Of a DNA stretch of 64,000 nucleotides, positions 9,496 to 18,847 are shown piece after piece. Under the pieces are notes generated by a model that ran no database searches, was not told the origin of the DNA, and saw nothing but the letters and a program-made list of their open reading frames with translations. Position numbers and translations under genes: made by a program. How positions within the stretch are numbered: the stretch's first letter is position 1; each line of letters starts with the position of its first letter. Origin of the DNA: a virus (taxonomy: Duplodnaviria; Caudoviricetes); the IMG/VR virus record IMGVR_UViG_3300029913_000001; one strand, given 5' to 3'.

Positions 9496-11089
9496 TTTTA
9501 GCAATTCTCTCATTTTTATTAACAGATTCATTAAAATCATTTGCTGCTCTCTGCCGATAATCAGTTGGCACATTAATTGTCTTCTTACCATGACAATATA
9601 CGCATTTTTTCTTCTTGCCATTTATTAATGTAAATCCTTTTCCATCGCATCGAAGGCAAGTTAGCTGCGCTTCACTTATCTCTAAACCCGGAGTATCATT
9701 GGAGTTTATTACTTCATTCATCCCAATTTTAATTATTTTATCGAGTAAGGTTTTATTATTTAATGCCACAGCTATATATTTTCCATGAATATAAACCTCA
9801 AACATTTTATTCAATGCATCGGTTAAAAAAAGATTAGTAAAACCATATGTTTGTGTGAATTCCCTGGCCGGCATATTAATCGAATCATTAACAAATGAAT
9901 TATCACTATAAGTATTGTCTTCATTAAACAAAACGTAGTGTAATCCAAATTTTCCTGTTAAGTCAAGTGCTCTTCTACACCAGGTATATGAAAATCCATT
10001 TAAAGGAAAAATAACATATACTTTTCCGTGATTAGTCTTATCATGATCATTACTATAATTACTGGCAATCAACTTATCCGACGTACAAAAAATACTATTT
10101 GATCGTAATGCAGTAAATCCAACTTTGGATAATGCCGAATCCAATAATTCCGATGCTTTCTCATTTGAATCTACCGGCATACGATTTTTAACTTCTTTCC
10201 CAAATAAAATAGGTTCGACCGAATGAATACCACGATATAAAAAATCATGATCTTTATAAATTTGCAAAATATCTGTGCAATTAGTTTTAATAAATCTAAC
10301 TATTCTATCTTCTTGATTAGGCGTCATACTTTCTTTTAAACTTTTAAAATATTCGACCTCGCCTTCATGTTTTGCGTCAGCTCTATGACTATCAAAAGTT
10401 CCGAGATTCTTACCTTTATGGGAAAGCAATCGATATTTTCCATTCTTTAATTTAACAATATGTTCGTCTAATTTTGGCGGGGATAATAATACTCGATCGA
10501 GTATTACTTTTATTTTATTAACTTTCGTAGATTTAGGGTATAACTCTTGAATGATTTGATATCTGTCTGTTTCAGAGCCGTTTGCATACATTTCACGAAT
10601 CTTACTAGCAGAGCTAATATTCTGGCCAAGTATTTTATATTGTATTGCTGGAACAACTACATAATAGGCATGCTTATCAAATGTCTGCAATGGAGTAGTA
10701 GATGAAACTGGATATGGCTGCATATACGAAAGTTCCCCATTTTTCTTAATAGGAGAACCAAGGCGATCTCGATCTTTCGATGATAAACCAAAAATTAAAA
10801 CGGTATTTGCTGAATCATATTTTCCAGTTATTTCGGTAGATTTATACGGACTTACTACTTCAACAAATTTATCTTCAGGAACTCCTGCTTGCGCAGCTAA
10901 AAATCTCTTCTCTGCAAATGAAAATGGTCGCTCAGACATTTTATTTGAACTAGCCACATATAAATCTGCCTTTGGAAATTTATTTTTAAGATAATTATAT
11001 ACTGCGGTATGCCCAGCCGACCATGGGTGAAATCCACCGGGAAATATGCAGAGCTCGTGATATCTAGTTTCAAATTCAGAAAGAAGCAT
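9485..11089 (-). CDS. fusion: HxGH-class nucleotidyltransferase + small domain + ART-like paralog 6 + CxxCxGxG zinc module
   Basis: FPGGFHPWSAGH and ISSASKIRE; LYRG...GFTALRSNSIFCTS...EVYIHGKYIA; CLRCDGKG...CVYCHGK. Confidence 0.75.
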   Translation of the reverse strand: MLLSEFETRYHELCIFPGGFHPWSAGHTAVYNYLKNKFPKADLYVASSNKMSERPFSFAEKRFLAAQAGVPEDKFVEVVSPYKSTEITGKYDSANTVLIFGLSSKDRDRLGSPIKKNGELSYMQPYPVSSTTPLQTFDKHAYYVVVPAIQYKILGQNISSASKIREMYANGSETDRYQIIQELYPKSTKVNKIKVILDRVLLSPPKLDEHIVKLKNGKYRLLSHKGKNLGTFDSHRADAKHEGEVEYFKSLKESMTPNQEDRIVRFIKTNCTDILQIYKDHDFLYRGIHSVEPILFGKEVKNRMPVDSNEKASELLDSALSKVGFTALRSNSIFCTSDKLIASNYSNDHDKTNHGKVYVIFPLNGFSYTWCRRALDLTGKFGLHYVLFNEDNTYSDNSFVNDSINMPAREFTQTYGFTNLFLTDALNKMFEVYIHGKYIAVALNNKTLLDKIIKIGMNEVINSNDTPGLEISEAQLTCLRCDGKGFTLINGKKKKCVYCHGKKTINVPTDYRQRAANDFNESVNKNERIAKNDY

Positions 11090-11099
11090 TTATAAATCC

Positions 11100-12068
11100 T
11101 CAGTTATATTTATGAAAGAATGGCCCAAGAATAAGATCCCCTTCCTGTGAATACAATTCTTTATTAATTTGTAAAATCCATTCAGGCGCAATGTTCTTTC
11201 TTCTATAATTTTTTAAAAATAAATGTGTTTCTATCGGAATATCACCGTAAACCTGCAATACACCTAGCATTCGATGTCTACCTTCATGATCTATAACTTT
11301 AGCTGCACTTCTAAAATTTAAGTCTTCCCAGTTACTCGGAATTTGGATACTTAAAAATGGGCTTCCAATAGAATTACCATTTTTAATATATTCTCGCATA
11401 TTATCTACCGAATCAGAAAAATGTGAGAAAGACGGTGTCAATGACAAAAATGAGCTCGGCTTCATTGCTACCCGCAACCCAAAATAATCTATATCTTCAT
11501 TATTGGGAGTTGCACCGGCACCTCTCTTATTATCTATTTTAACTTCCTCAGATATATTCTTTGAAAATATTTTTGATAACTTTTTAAATGTATTTTTAAC
11601 GCCCGAATCTTCGTATAATATTCCGATTCCACCCGCAACATTCCAGGATTTAATATTATCATCCAAATCGTCGATTAATATATTACTATTCCCAACGTAT
11701 TCATCTTTATTAAAAGCAAAAATAGCGGGAATACCCCCTAAACCATTCTTTTTTAACCATAACTTTTTCCCTGCTATACATTCTTCTGTATTAGGAGGGC
11801 CCACGGGACGGCTTAAAAAAATATATGGAATTTTTCTATTGTCGAACCAAGCTAATAATTTTTTTCCATTTGGCATCCATTCTAAATTTGCAAAGAATTT
11901 CTTAATGTCGCCGTTATTAATAACATTGCTCCAATACTTATTGTTCCATCCATAGGATTCAAATTCCTCTAGCGTAAGATGATTAAAATCAGCCGCGCCC
12001 TTAGCACAATCTGCCAGACACCCATCTAGATCTATAAATACTTTGCGTTCGATTTCAGAAATTCTCAT
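11100..12068 (-). CDS. HAD-family 5'(3')-deoxyribonucleotidase fused to a ParB-like C-terminal domain
   Basis: DLDGCLAD, GKKLWL, ILIDD; C-terminal DHEGRHR. Confidence 0.8.
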   Translation of the reverse strand: MRISEIERKVFIDLDGCLADCAKGAADFNHLTLEEFESYGWNNKYWSNVINNGDIKKFFANLEWMPNGKKLLAWFDNRKIPYIFLSRPVGPPNTEECIAGKKLWLKKNGLGGIPAIFAFNKDEYVGNSNILIDDLDDNIKSWNVAGGIGILYEDSGVKNTFKKLSKIFSKNISEEVKIDNKRGAGATPNNEDIDYFGLRVAMKPSSFLSLTPSFSHFSDSVDNMREYIKNGNSIGSPFLSIQIPSNWEDLNFRSAAKVIDHEGRHRMLGVLQVYGDIPIETHLFLKNYRRKNIAPEWILQINKELYSQEGDLILGPFFHKYN

Positions 12069-12104
12069 ATTAATATTTATCCAATAACTCGATTAGCAAC
12101 AAAT

Positions 12105-12137
12105 AAAAAGCCTATCATGATTCATGATAGGCTTTTT
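12105..12137. terminator. bidirectional intrinsic terminator
   Basis: AAAAAGCCTATCATGA-T-TCATGATAGGCTTTTT. Confidence 0.8.
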
Positions 12138-12156
12138 ATACTGTTATTTTTACTTT

Positions 12157-12357
12157 TTATCGATCAAAAATTCGAGCTAATGTACAATCAATAGCTTGAA
12201 ACGCGGAAATTCGATTAATATCATTAGTGTCAGTCGAAGTTACTACATTAATTAAACTTAATGCCATCTTTTCAGCTCGAGTTAGTTCACTGTCATTTAA
12301 TGTCCCACTAGTCGGCAATACCTTAATTAACGCATCTTGTAACACGCTTTGTTCCAT
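12157..12357 (-). CDS. hypothetical protein
   Basis: 66 aa ORF with SD-like GGAG. Confidence 0.55.
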   Translation of the reverse strand: MEQSVLQDALIKVLPTSGTLNDSELTRAEKMALSLINVVTSTDTNDINRISAFQAIDCTLARIFDR

Positions 12358-12358
12358 A

Positions 12359-13246
12359 TTATTCTCCTATTTTAATTGGTGTAGCTTTAGTTTCAATGTA
12401 TTTGGCCAAGGCCACCAAATCTGGCTTAAGAGCAAGCATGGACTCTTCGTCCTTTGTTTCATCTTGGCGAGACGCGATTCTCGGCGTCAATTGTGGGTTT
12501 GCCTCTAGAGAAAGACCCATAGATTTATATAAATTAGTTGGATCTCCCGGGAAAACAAAAGTGCCGCAATGATTTAGTCGTATAGATGGGTCAGCAAAAA
12601 TTTCGCCGCCAATTGCTCTGTAACGACAACAGAAAAGCCAATCCTCGGAAAGATATTCTTTTGTATCAGGGCTAATAGAGCAATCAAATAACGCATAGCA
12701 GAATGGATTGAACTTTGGATCTAGTCCGATATTATTAGTAAACTTTGTGTGTGGATAAGATACCATCATCTTATTAAAAACTTCCCGTTTAATAAGCATG
12801 AACCCCGTACCCAAACGACTGACAGGAATTAATCCATCAACTGATTGTAATTTACCATCCGCGGCTACATTTTCAGGAGATACATTAACAACAAAATCGG
12901 TAGGGAGATTTTTCTTGCTATATAATCCGCCAACAATATCTTTATCGTACAGCAGAAGCTTAAAAATATATTCTGGCTCAAATCCAATATCTGAATCAAT
13001 AAAAAGCAGATGGGTTGCTACAGAATTCTCTAAAAACTTCGCAACGAGATGATTACGACCGCGCGGAATTAGGCTTTCGTTAATCATAGTGTCTAGTGAC
13101 AACGGTAATCCAATTTTTTGCGCATACATGAAAAATTTAATTAATGATGTCGCGGTTTCTGTGAACATCATGCCGGCATAGCATGGCAGTGCAATTTGCA
13201 AATGCATTTTTCTAAGAGCTTCAGCTTGTTCTTGCGTAATATTCAT
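12359..13246 (-). CDS. GT-A fold glycosyltransferase-like protein
   Basis: IALPCY, ESLIPRGRN, LLFIDSD (DxD), GTGFMLIKR, SEDWLFC. Confidence 0.8.
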   Translation of the reverse strand: MNITQEQAEALRKMHLQIALPCYAGMMFTETATSLIKFFMYAQKIGLPLSLDTMINESLIPRGRNHLVAKFLENSVATHLLFIDSDIGFEPEYIFKLLLYDKDIVGGLYSKKNLPTDFVVNVSPENVAADGKLQSVDGLIPVSRLGTGFMLIKREVFNKMMVSYPHTKFTNNIGLDPKFNPFCYALFDCSISPDTKEYLSEDWLFCCRYRAIGGEIFADPSIRLNHCGTFVFPGDPTNLYKSMGLSLEANPQLTPRIASRQDETKDEESMLALKPDLVALAKYIETKATPIKIGE

Positions 13247-13311
13247 TCTAATCCTTTGTAAATCTAGAATTTGTTCTTAATCGCGATTTAAACCCCAGTC
13301 ATATCTTTCAT

Positions 13312-13575
13312 TTAAAATTTTCTTAGCTTCGGCCCATTTTCTCTCTCAGCATCAGGAACTCCCGAAATAGAATGCCAGCTAGCGTTCCATCTAGTTGCTG
13401 TATCATACGCCGATAAACAATCCAATAGATAATTAGCCAGAATAAAATCAGGAGTGTTAGTTGAGTTATCAATTGAAAATGTATTAAGAAGATCGGTTAG
13501 AGATCGAATTAACGAGGTTTCATTCGATTTTTCGCAGAACCCACTTGCGCAGGTATCTTTATTACAATCACACAT
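13312..13575 (-). CDS. conserved phage hypothetical protein
   Basis: LLNTFSIDNSTNTPDFILANYL motif. Confidence 0.6.
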   Translation of the reverse strand: MCDCNKDTCASGFCEKSNETSLIRSLTDLLNTFSIDNSTNTPDFILANYLLDCLSAYDTATRWNASWHSISGVPDAERENGPKLRKF

Positions 13576-13584
13576 ATAATTTTC

Positions 13585-14010
13585 CTAATAAGATAATTTT
13601 ATTGACGATAGAATGCCGTCGGAAATATTTGAAACATTTGCGCGTAGCCAGGCATATTGGCCAGTAATTGTGTAAAAGGTATTTGTATTATTTGAAATAA
13701 AATTCGGTGTGCCAACAACTGATAAATTGTTATAAAATACTAGTTGCTCGTCTGAATCACCGGTAATTGTATTTGTCAAAGGAATACTTACCCAGGGACC
13801 GGAAGAAGAATCCCTGGATAAACTTGCTTCAATTACAATGTTCCCGGTAAAATTAGTAGTCTGAATTTGCATAGTTTGAAAACCACCGGCTTTTAGAGAA
13901 AGGCCAGCAGCTTTAACGGGTTCAGATATATGAGTTGGTTTTTTACTTTCATTACCAACGCCGCCGCGAAAATCTAATCCCGAAACCATTACAATTCCAA
14001 AATCTGTCAT
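13585..14010 (-). CDS. putative virion beta-sandwich protein
   Basis: FTGNIVIEASL...W...ITGQYAWLRANV. Confidence 0.55.
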   Translation of the reverse strand: MTDFGIVMVSGLDFRGGVGNESKKPTHISEPVKAAGLSLKAGGFQTMQIQTTNFTGNIVIEASLSRDSSSGPWVSIPLTNTITGDSDEQLVFYNNLSVVGTPNFISNNTNTFYTITGQYAWLRANVSNISDGILSSIKLSY

Positions 14011-14174
14011 CGACTAACTTCTACCAATATAGTTGCATCTTCTAATAGTCCCTCTACCGCGGCCTGCAATGTTTCGATCTGATCATCCGAAATCATTTCG
14101 TGAGGATCGTTATCATTATCACGAAGTATGGTCGATAAAGTAATTGTAATGTTTTCATCTAAAATTTTTGCCAT
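14007..14174 (-). CDS. small acidic conserved phage protein
   Basis: MAKILDENITITLS; SD AGGAG upstream. Confidence 0.6.
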   Translation of the reverse strand: MAKILDENITITLSTILRDNDNDPHEMISDDQIETLQAAVEGLLEDATILVEVSR

Positions 14175-14175
14175 G

Positions 14176-16437
14176 TTATTTCTCCTGTACCGGTTTCTTA
14201 ATGGAAATAGGAAAAGTATTAATTGCTGTTCCAATTACAAGATTATTACCCACCCAATCTAAATTAACAGTCGCTCCGTTTGGAATGATTCCGTTTAATA
14301 GTTTAACGCTAAGTGGATATCTAATTAAAGAATCAATAATACCAGAAATCTTTCTTGCCCCATATTCATTACTCTTATTTAGCTCGAGCACATGGCTGAT
14401 AAGATTTTCAGTCGCAATAATAGTTAAATTTTTATCGGTAAGCGCAGCGATTTCTGCAATTTTTGTTTGTGCGATTTTACGATAACTAAGATCGTCCAAA
14501 CTATTATATTCAATCATAGCTGTAATGCGTCCTCGGATTTCAGTGAGGAAAACATTATTAATAGCCTTTGTAACTGCACTCATGCCATTTGAGTCCGGAA
14601 TAAAACCTAAATTAATCTTACTCTTTTCTCGACTGCCTACATTACTACTCATAATAATAATTGTATTTTTGCAATCGGCTGTTTTTCCACTGGCACTTGA
14701 AATAGTACCTTCATCCATCATCTGAAGAAGCAAGGTGTATAAATTTGGATTTGCTTTTTCGATTTCGTCGAAAAGAATAACCGAATTTGGATGCTTCATT
14801 AAATCGTTGATAAGTTTGCCTTCTCCTGCATCCCCATCCCCATATCCTTTATATCCAGGGGGCGCACCGATTAATGTCGCCATTGCGTGATCTGCCTGAT
14901 ATTCACTCATATCGTAACGAAGTAAATGCATATTCATATACGATGCAAGTTGCTTTGCGGTGTAAGATTTACCTACGCCGCTAGGGCCGGTTAGTAAAAA
15001 ACTACCAATGGGTTTAGATGGATCTCGCAACCCGGCTTGTGAAATAATTAGGGACTCGGCAATTTTATCAATTGCATGTGTCTGATGGAAAATTTTTGAA
15101 TTTAGGGTCTCTCGAATATTAAGAATATCGGCCGCGTTATTCTGATCAGTCGTCTTAACCAAAATGCCGGTACTAGTTTCGATCTCTCGAATAATATCCA
15201 ATTTTGTAATACGCTTATTCTTATCTTTAGCAACCGTTTTACGGGCGCAAGCAGAATCGATCAGATCAATTGCTTTATCTGGAAGCTGCCGATCTGGCTG
15301 ATAACGAACGGATAATTCGACTGCGGCTTCGATTGCATCGTCCTGAATACGGCATTTATGGAATTTATTAAAACTGTTCTTAACTCCTTGAAGAATTAAA
15401 ATAGTTTCTGCTTTACTCGGTTCCTTTAGAGCAAGCAATCGAAACCTACGCATAAGAGCGGTATCTTTCTTAAATGTCTGGGTATATCCATCCCATGTAG
15501 TTGCTGCAATAACTTTAATATTACCGCGACTAAGTTCAGGTTTCAACATTGCTGAAAAGGCAACACCGGAATCATTTGAGCCGCCTCCGGAATTAATCTG
15601 TTGAGCCTCATCTATAAAAAGAATGGCATTTTTTTCATTAACTAATGCGGCTAAGACATTCTTAATCTTTTCCTCAAAATCTCCTCGGAAATGGCAACCG
15701 GCTAAAACCGATCCAACATCTAGACTATAAATAATCTTATCTTTTAAAGTACTGGGTACAATACCCGCATTAATATTACGAGCTAATCCTTCAATTAATT
15801 CCGATTTACCTACTCCAGGTTCCCCAACCACAAGTACATTATTCTTTTTCTTCTTCGACAGTGCATGTGCAATGTCAAACAATTCAATTTCCCGGCCAAT
15901 TAGCACATCGGTAGTACCTTTAACTTTTTCATTTAAATTCACACAAAATTCAGCTAATGCGGTAGTTGACTGTGTATCAGACGTTGTTAATTGATCTAGT
16001 CCGTCAATAATTTTGGAAGTAATGCCGTATTTCTCTAGAAAATAACTAGCATACGACTCCTTTTCGTTATATAACTTACGAAAAATATCACCAAAAGTTA
16101 CTTCTCTGCCATATTTTGTGGCTTCGGAGTAAGCCGAAACTAAAACTTTTTGCACCGAGGCTGTAATTTGCCCAGTCATAATATTCGGCTCGTTACTGGC
16201 AATTTTATTTTGAAGTCTAGGAGTTTGTGCTTCGATAAACTTTTTGATGGCCTCAGCCATCAAACTAACCGAAACTCCCTGATTTTCGAGATACTTCCGG
16301 ACAGATGAATACGACAAACTTGCATAAAGAATATGTTCGAGAGTAATAGTTGTTTGATCTAAATTAATAGCAAGCTGAAAACTAATATCAATAAGATTCT
16401 TAATTAACGGCGATCCGTTCGAAGTAGCAGTTGGCAT
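14176..16437 (-). CDS. clpA: ClpA-like double AAA+ unfoldase
   Basis: Clp N domain, GEPGVGKS, FIDE, GPSGVGKS, FDEIEK, LGF loop after IMSSNVG; no ClpB M domain. Confidence 0.85.
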   Translation of the reverse strand: MPTATSNGSPLIKNLIDISFQLAINLDQTTITLEHILYASLSYSSVRKYLENQGVSVSLMAEAIKKFIEAQTPRLQNKIASNEPNIMTGQITASVQKVLVSAYSEATKYGREVTFGDIFRKLYNEKESYASYFLEKYGITSKIIDGLDQLTTSDTQSTTALAEFCVNLNEKVKGTTDVLIGREIELFDIAHALSKKKKNNVLVVGEPGVGKSELIEGLARNINAGIVPSTLKDKIIYSLDVGSVLAGCHFRGDFEEKIKNVLAALVNEKNAILFIDEAQQINSGGGSNDSGVAFSAMLKPELSRGNIKVIAATTWDGYTQTFKKDTALMRRFRLLALKEPSKAETILILQGVKNSFNKFHKCRIQDDAIEAAVELSVRYQPDRQLPDKAIDLIDSACARKTVAKDKNKRITKLDIIREIETSTGILVKTTDQNNAADILNIRETLNSKIFHQTHAIDKIAESLIISQAGLRDPSKPIGSFLLTGPSGVGKSYTAKQLASYMNMHLLRYDMSEYQADHAMATLIGAPPGYKGYGDGDAGEGKLINDLMKHPNSVILFDEIEKANPNLYTLLLQMMDEGTISSASGKTADCKNTIIIMSSNVGSREKSKINLGFIPDSNGMSAVTKAINNVFLTEIRGRITAMIEYNSLDDLSYRKIAQTKIAEIAALTDKNLTIIATENLISHVLELNKSNEYGARKISGIIDSLIRYPLSVKLLNGIIPNGATVNLDWVGNNLVIGTAINTFPISIKKPVQEK

Positions 16438-16482
16438 AATGTCCCTTTCATTTATAAGTATAAAACATTATTCATACGTAAG

Positions 16483-17073
16483 TCAAGAGAAAAACGAAAC
16501 TAACTGAATAAAAAGATCTCCTCGCAGTTTTGTTTTTCGATTGAATAAACCAGCATCGGGTATTCGATAAATTGTTTTTGATTTACATCTTTTCGGTATC
16601 GAAATTCGGAATCGTACGCCATCGGGTCCAATTATTGTTATTTCCCCGCCTACTATACTCTTCCAAAAAGATACTCGAATTTTTTGAATTAATTTATCGG
16701 CTATTACAATAAAATCATTGGGCATTTCTACCTTAATTTTTGCTTGCAAAATAGAAAATCGATCTTCCTCTAGCTGAATATTTCGAAAACATAACGATTC
16801 TCCAGTTTTAATACCGGCAGGTATTGATAATCGAAAGGTTCGATTACCATCATTGGACATAAAATATCGTTCACATCCTAATATAGAATCTTGTAAAGAT
16901 ATCGCAATTTTAATCTGAAAAATTGTATTAAGACATTTGTTATATTCAAGATTCAGCAAATTAAATTTTTCTGCGGCTAGCGGATCAGTTGGATGTAAAT
17001 CTGGATGGCATTCTTTTGCCAATTTTCGATAATTAGAGTGAATTTGATTGAAAAAGATAGAAGAGTTAGGCAT
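16483..17073 (-). CDS. DnaJ/CbpA-like co-chaperone (J domain + C-terminal domain, no zinc finger)
   Basis: YRKLAKECHPD; IPAGIKTG, GDLFI. Confidence 0.85.
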   Translation of the reverse strand: MPNSSIFFNQIHSNYRKLAKECHPDLHPTDPLAAEKFNLLNLEYNKCLNTIFQIKIAISLQDSILGCERYFMSNDGNRTFRLSIPAGIKTGESLCFRNIQLEEDRFSILQAKIKVEMPNDFIVIADKLIQKIRVSFWKSIVGGEITIIGPDGVRFRISIPKRCKSKTIYRIPDAGLFNRKTKLRGDLFIQLVSFFS

Positions 17074-17096
17074 TATTCACCCCGTGCTAATTAGAT

Positions 17097-17549
17097 TTAA
17101 ATTCGATATTGTAATTCCTTCTCAGTTTCTTGCTTAACTATAAATTTAATAGGTGGGCATAATCCATTCCAAAATTCTGGTGTGCCATCTGGCATTTTTT
17201 TTCTTAGTGCATCATTTGTTACAATTAATTCTACTTCTCTCCAAGCCAAGCTCGATCTCGATTCATGCAGGGATAAAATTTCAAATCGAAATTTGTCTTT
17301 TCCTCTTAAGGTAATTTCTTCATTTAATGTCTTACAACTACCGGTATATTTTTTCCAATTCGATTCATTTATTACTTTTTTTCTATTTGTTCTGTTTTTA
17401 ATTTTTTTTCGGGTTGTCATAAAAAAGAATTTCTTGCCGATATATTTGCGATTGGTATCTATACATGTAATTTTATACACAAAGCCAATCCATTCAGTTG
17501 GATCAAAATTAAATGGAAATTCCCAATGTCCTATGTCTATTTTTTCCAT
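17097..17549 (-). CDS. GIY-YIG (Seg-like) endonuclease-like protein
   Basis: GFVYKIT...KYIGKK...WKKYTGS...FRFEIL. Confidence 0.7.
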   Translation of the reverse strand: MEKIDIGHWEFPFNFDPTEWIGFVYKITCIDTNRKYIGKKFFFMTTRKKIKNRTNRKKVINESNWKKYTGSCKTLNEEITLRGKDKFRFEILSLHESRSSLAWREVELIVTNDALRKKMPDGTPEFWNGLCPPIKFIVKQETEKELQYRI

Positions 17550-17604
17550 ATCAATATTTAGCTGAACATACCGAAATAAGAAAATAGTTAACTATTTTAT
17601 CGAA

Positions 17605-18120
17605 TTATTTACCGATTATTAAATTTTTCGCAGCTAATTTTTTATTGGAAAATATTTTCTTTTGTCTATTACGTGATTTGTAATAAGCGGCGTCTTTTAA
17701 AATTCGTTGTCGAAAAATCCATTCGTTGTCTTTTAAAAGAATAGCAATTGAAATCGTATTTGGATTTAACTGAAATAATAGATCAGTGTCATTAAAAAAA
17801 TCAATTATGTCATCTCGTAAAATTCCTATACGAAAATTTTCGGTTTTGCTATAAGAAATTATTCCCTTTTCTTTTAAACTATAATATTGTTCTATAATTG
17901 ACATAAAAATATAATTGGGAATATCTTGCCAATCGCAATACAGTTTAATTTCATTAATTGTATCAATCCAAAAATTTTTATCTATTTCATTAATTGAATT
18001 GTCGAAGTCAATTATCATATTCCAAAAATTCATTGATATATCAAAAAATATTAAAAATAATTGTTTTTGCAATTCATTTAATTTAATAATTTCATCTTGA
18101 TAATATGATACATATTTCAT
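17605..18120 (-). CDS. hypothetical protein (start MKYVSY)
   Basis: The ORF-track extension to 18210 lies within a palindrome and is probably non-coding. Confidence 0.55.
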   Translation of the reverse strand: MKYVSYYQDEIIKLNELQKQLFLIFFDISMNFWNMIIDFDNSINEIDKNFWIDTINEIKLYCDWQDIPNYIFMSIIEQYYSLKEKGIISYSKTENFRIGILRDDIIDFFNDTDLLFQLNPNTISIAILLKDNEWIFRQRILKDAAYYKSRNRQKKIFSNKKLAAKNLIIGK

Positions 18121-18135
18121 AAATATATTTCCTTG

Positions 18136-18305
18136 TTTTGCTTTTCCGAGTGGTGGATGACAACACCAAGCGAAAGCGATATGCGAAGCCAGTGAACGAC
18201 AGTGAAACATCTCATCAAATATTATTAAAATTTTTCACTGTCGTTCACTGGCTTCGCTTACTGGCGCTTTCGCTATGTGCTCTCCACAAGTCCGAAAAGC
18301 GAAAA
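18136..18305. repeat. ~170 bp imperfect palindrome with a perfect 25 bp core inverted repeat
   Basis: GCGAAGCCAGTGAACGACAGTGAAA (18183-18207) / exact reverse complement (18233-18257); outer arms GCGAAAGCG/CGCTTTCGC and GCTTTTC/GAAAAGC. Confidence 0.9.
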
Positions 18306-18329
18306 TTTTAAATATTTTTGATGAATTAA

Positions 18330-18795
18330 AAATAAAATTATGGTTATTTTAAAGACAAAGACGCTTGGGGCGCCTCCCGTCTCTTTGGAACAACTTCCAA
18401 ACTAAACTCCAATCCTTCCTATCCCGCTATATCATTAAGATCCGGCTCTTCATTTTGGGCTTCCGGGGCTTCATAGGAATTTCAGCGGTTATGCTGTACT
18501 GAAATAAGACCGTGCGGTCTATGATTGATCTGAAAAACACAACGCAATTATTTCAAATGAGTTTAGCAATTTGAAATAACTATATCAGGATTAGGAGCAT
18601 TACGCTCTCGCCTTTACCTGTCTGTCTTTGTCACTTTTCTCAAGCCATGATAGCTATATTGATGGGGGGACCCTCCAGGTAGTACTCTACCAACGACATT
18701 GGACACTAGGAGTTGCTGGGTGTTTAAGGCCAATAACCTTTGATCTAAATTGTAGGTATTGCTCCATATTTGCTACTCCATAAGTATTTTCCATG
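18330..18795 (-). ncRNA. candidate large structured ncRNA (family unknown; boundaries approximate)
   Basis: No ORF of 60 aa or more; raised GC; multiple hairpins; own promoter at 18806-18834. Confidence 0.45.
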
Positions 18796-18805
18796 ATTAA
18801 TATAC

Positions 18806-18834
18806 AATATAACATTGATACGTTAACTTGTCAA
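18806..18834 (-). promoter_or_regulatory. sigma70-type promoter facing the non-coding region
   Basis: TTGACA-17-TATATT. Confidence 0.65.
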
Positions 18835-18847
18835 GACATTTTTTATT

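Noticed and set aside
18330-18795. Group I/II intron or RNase P RNA
   Set aside because: No recognisable P7, domain V or GAGGAAAGUCC signatures, and no interrupted flanking gene. Kept only as an unknown ncRNA candidate.
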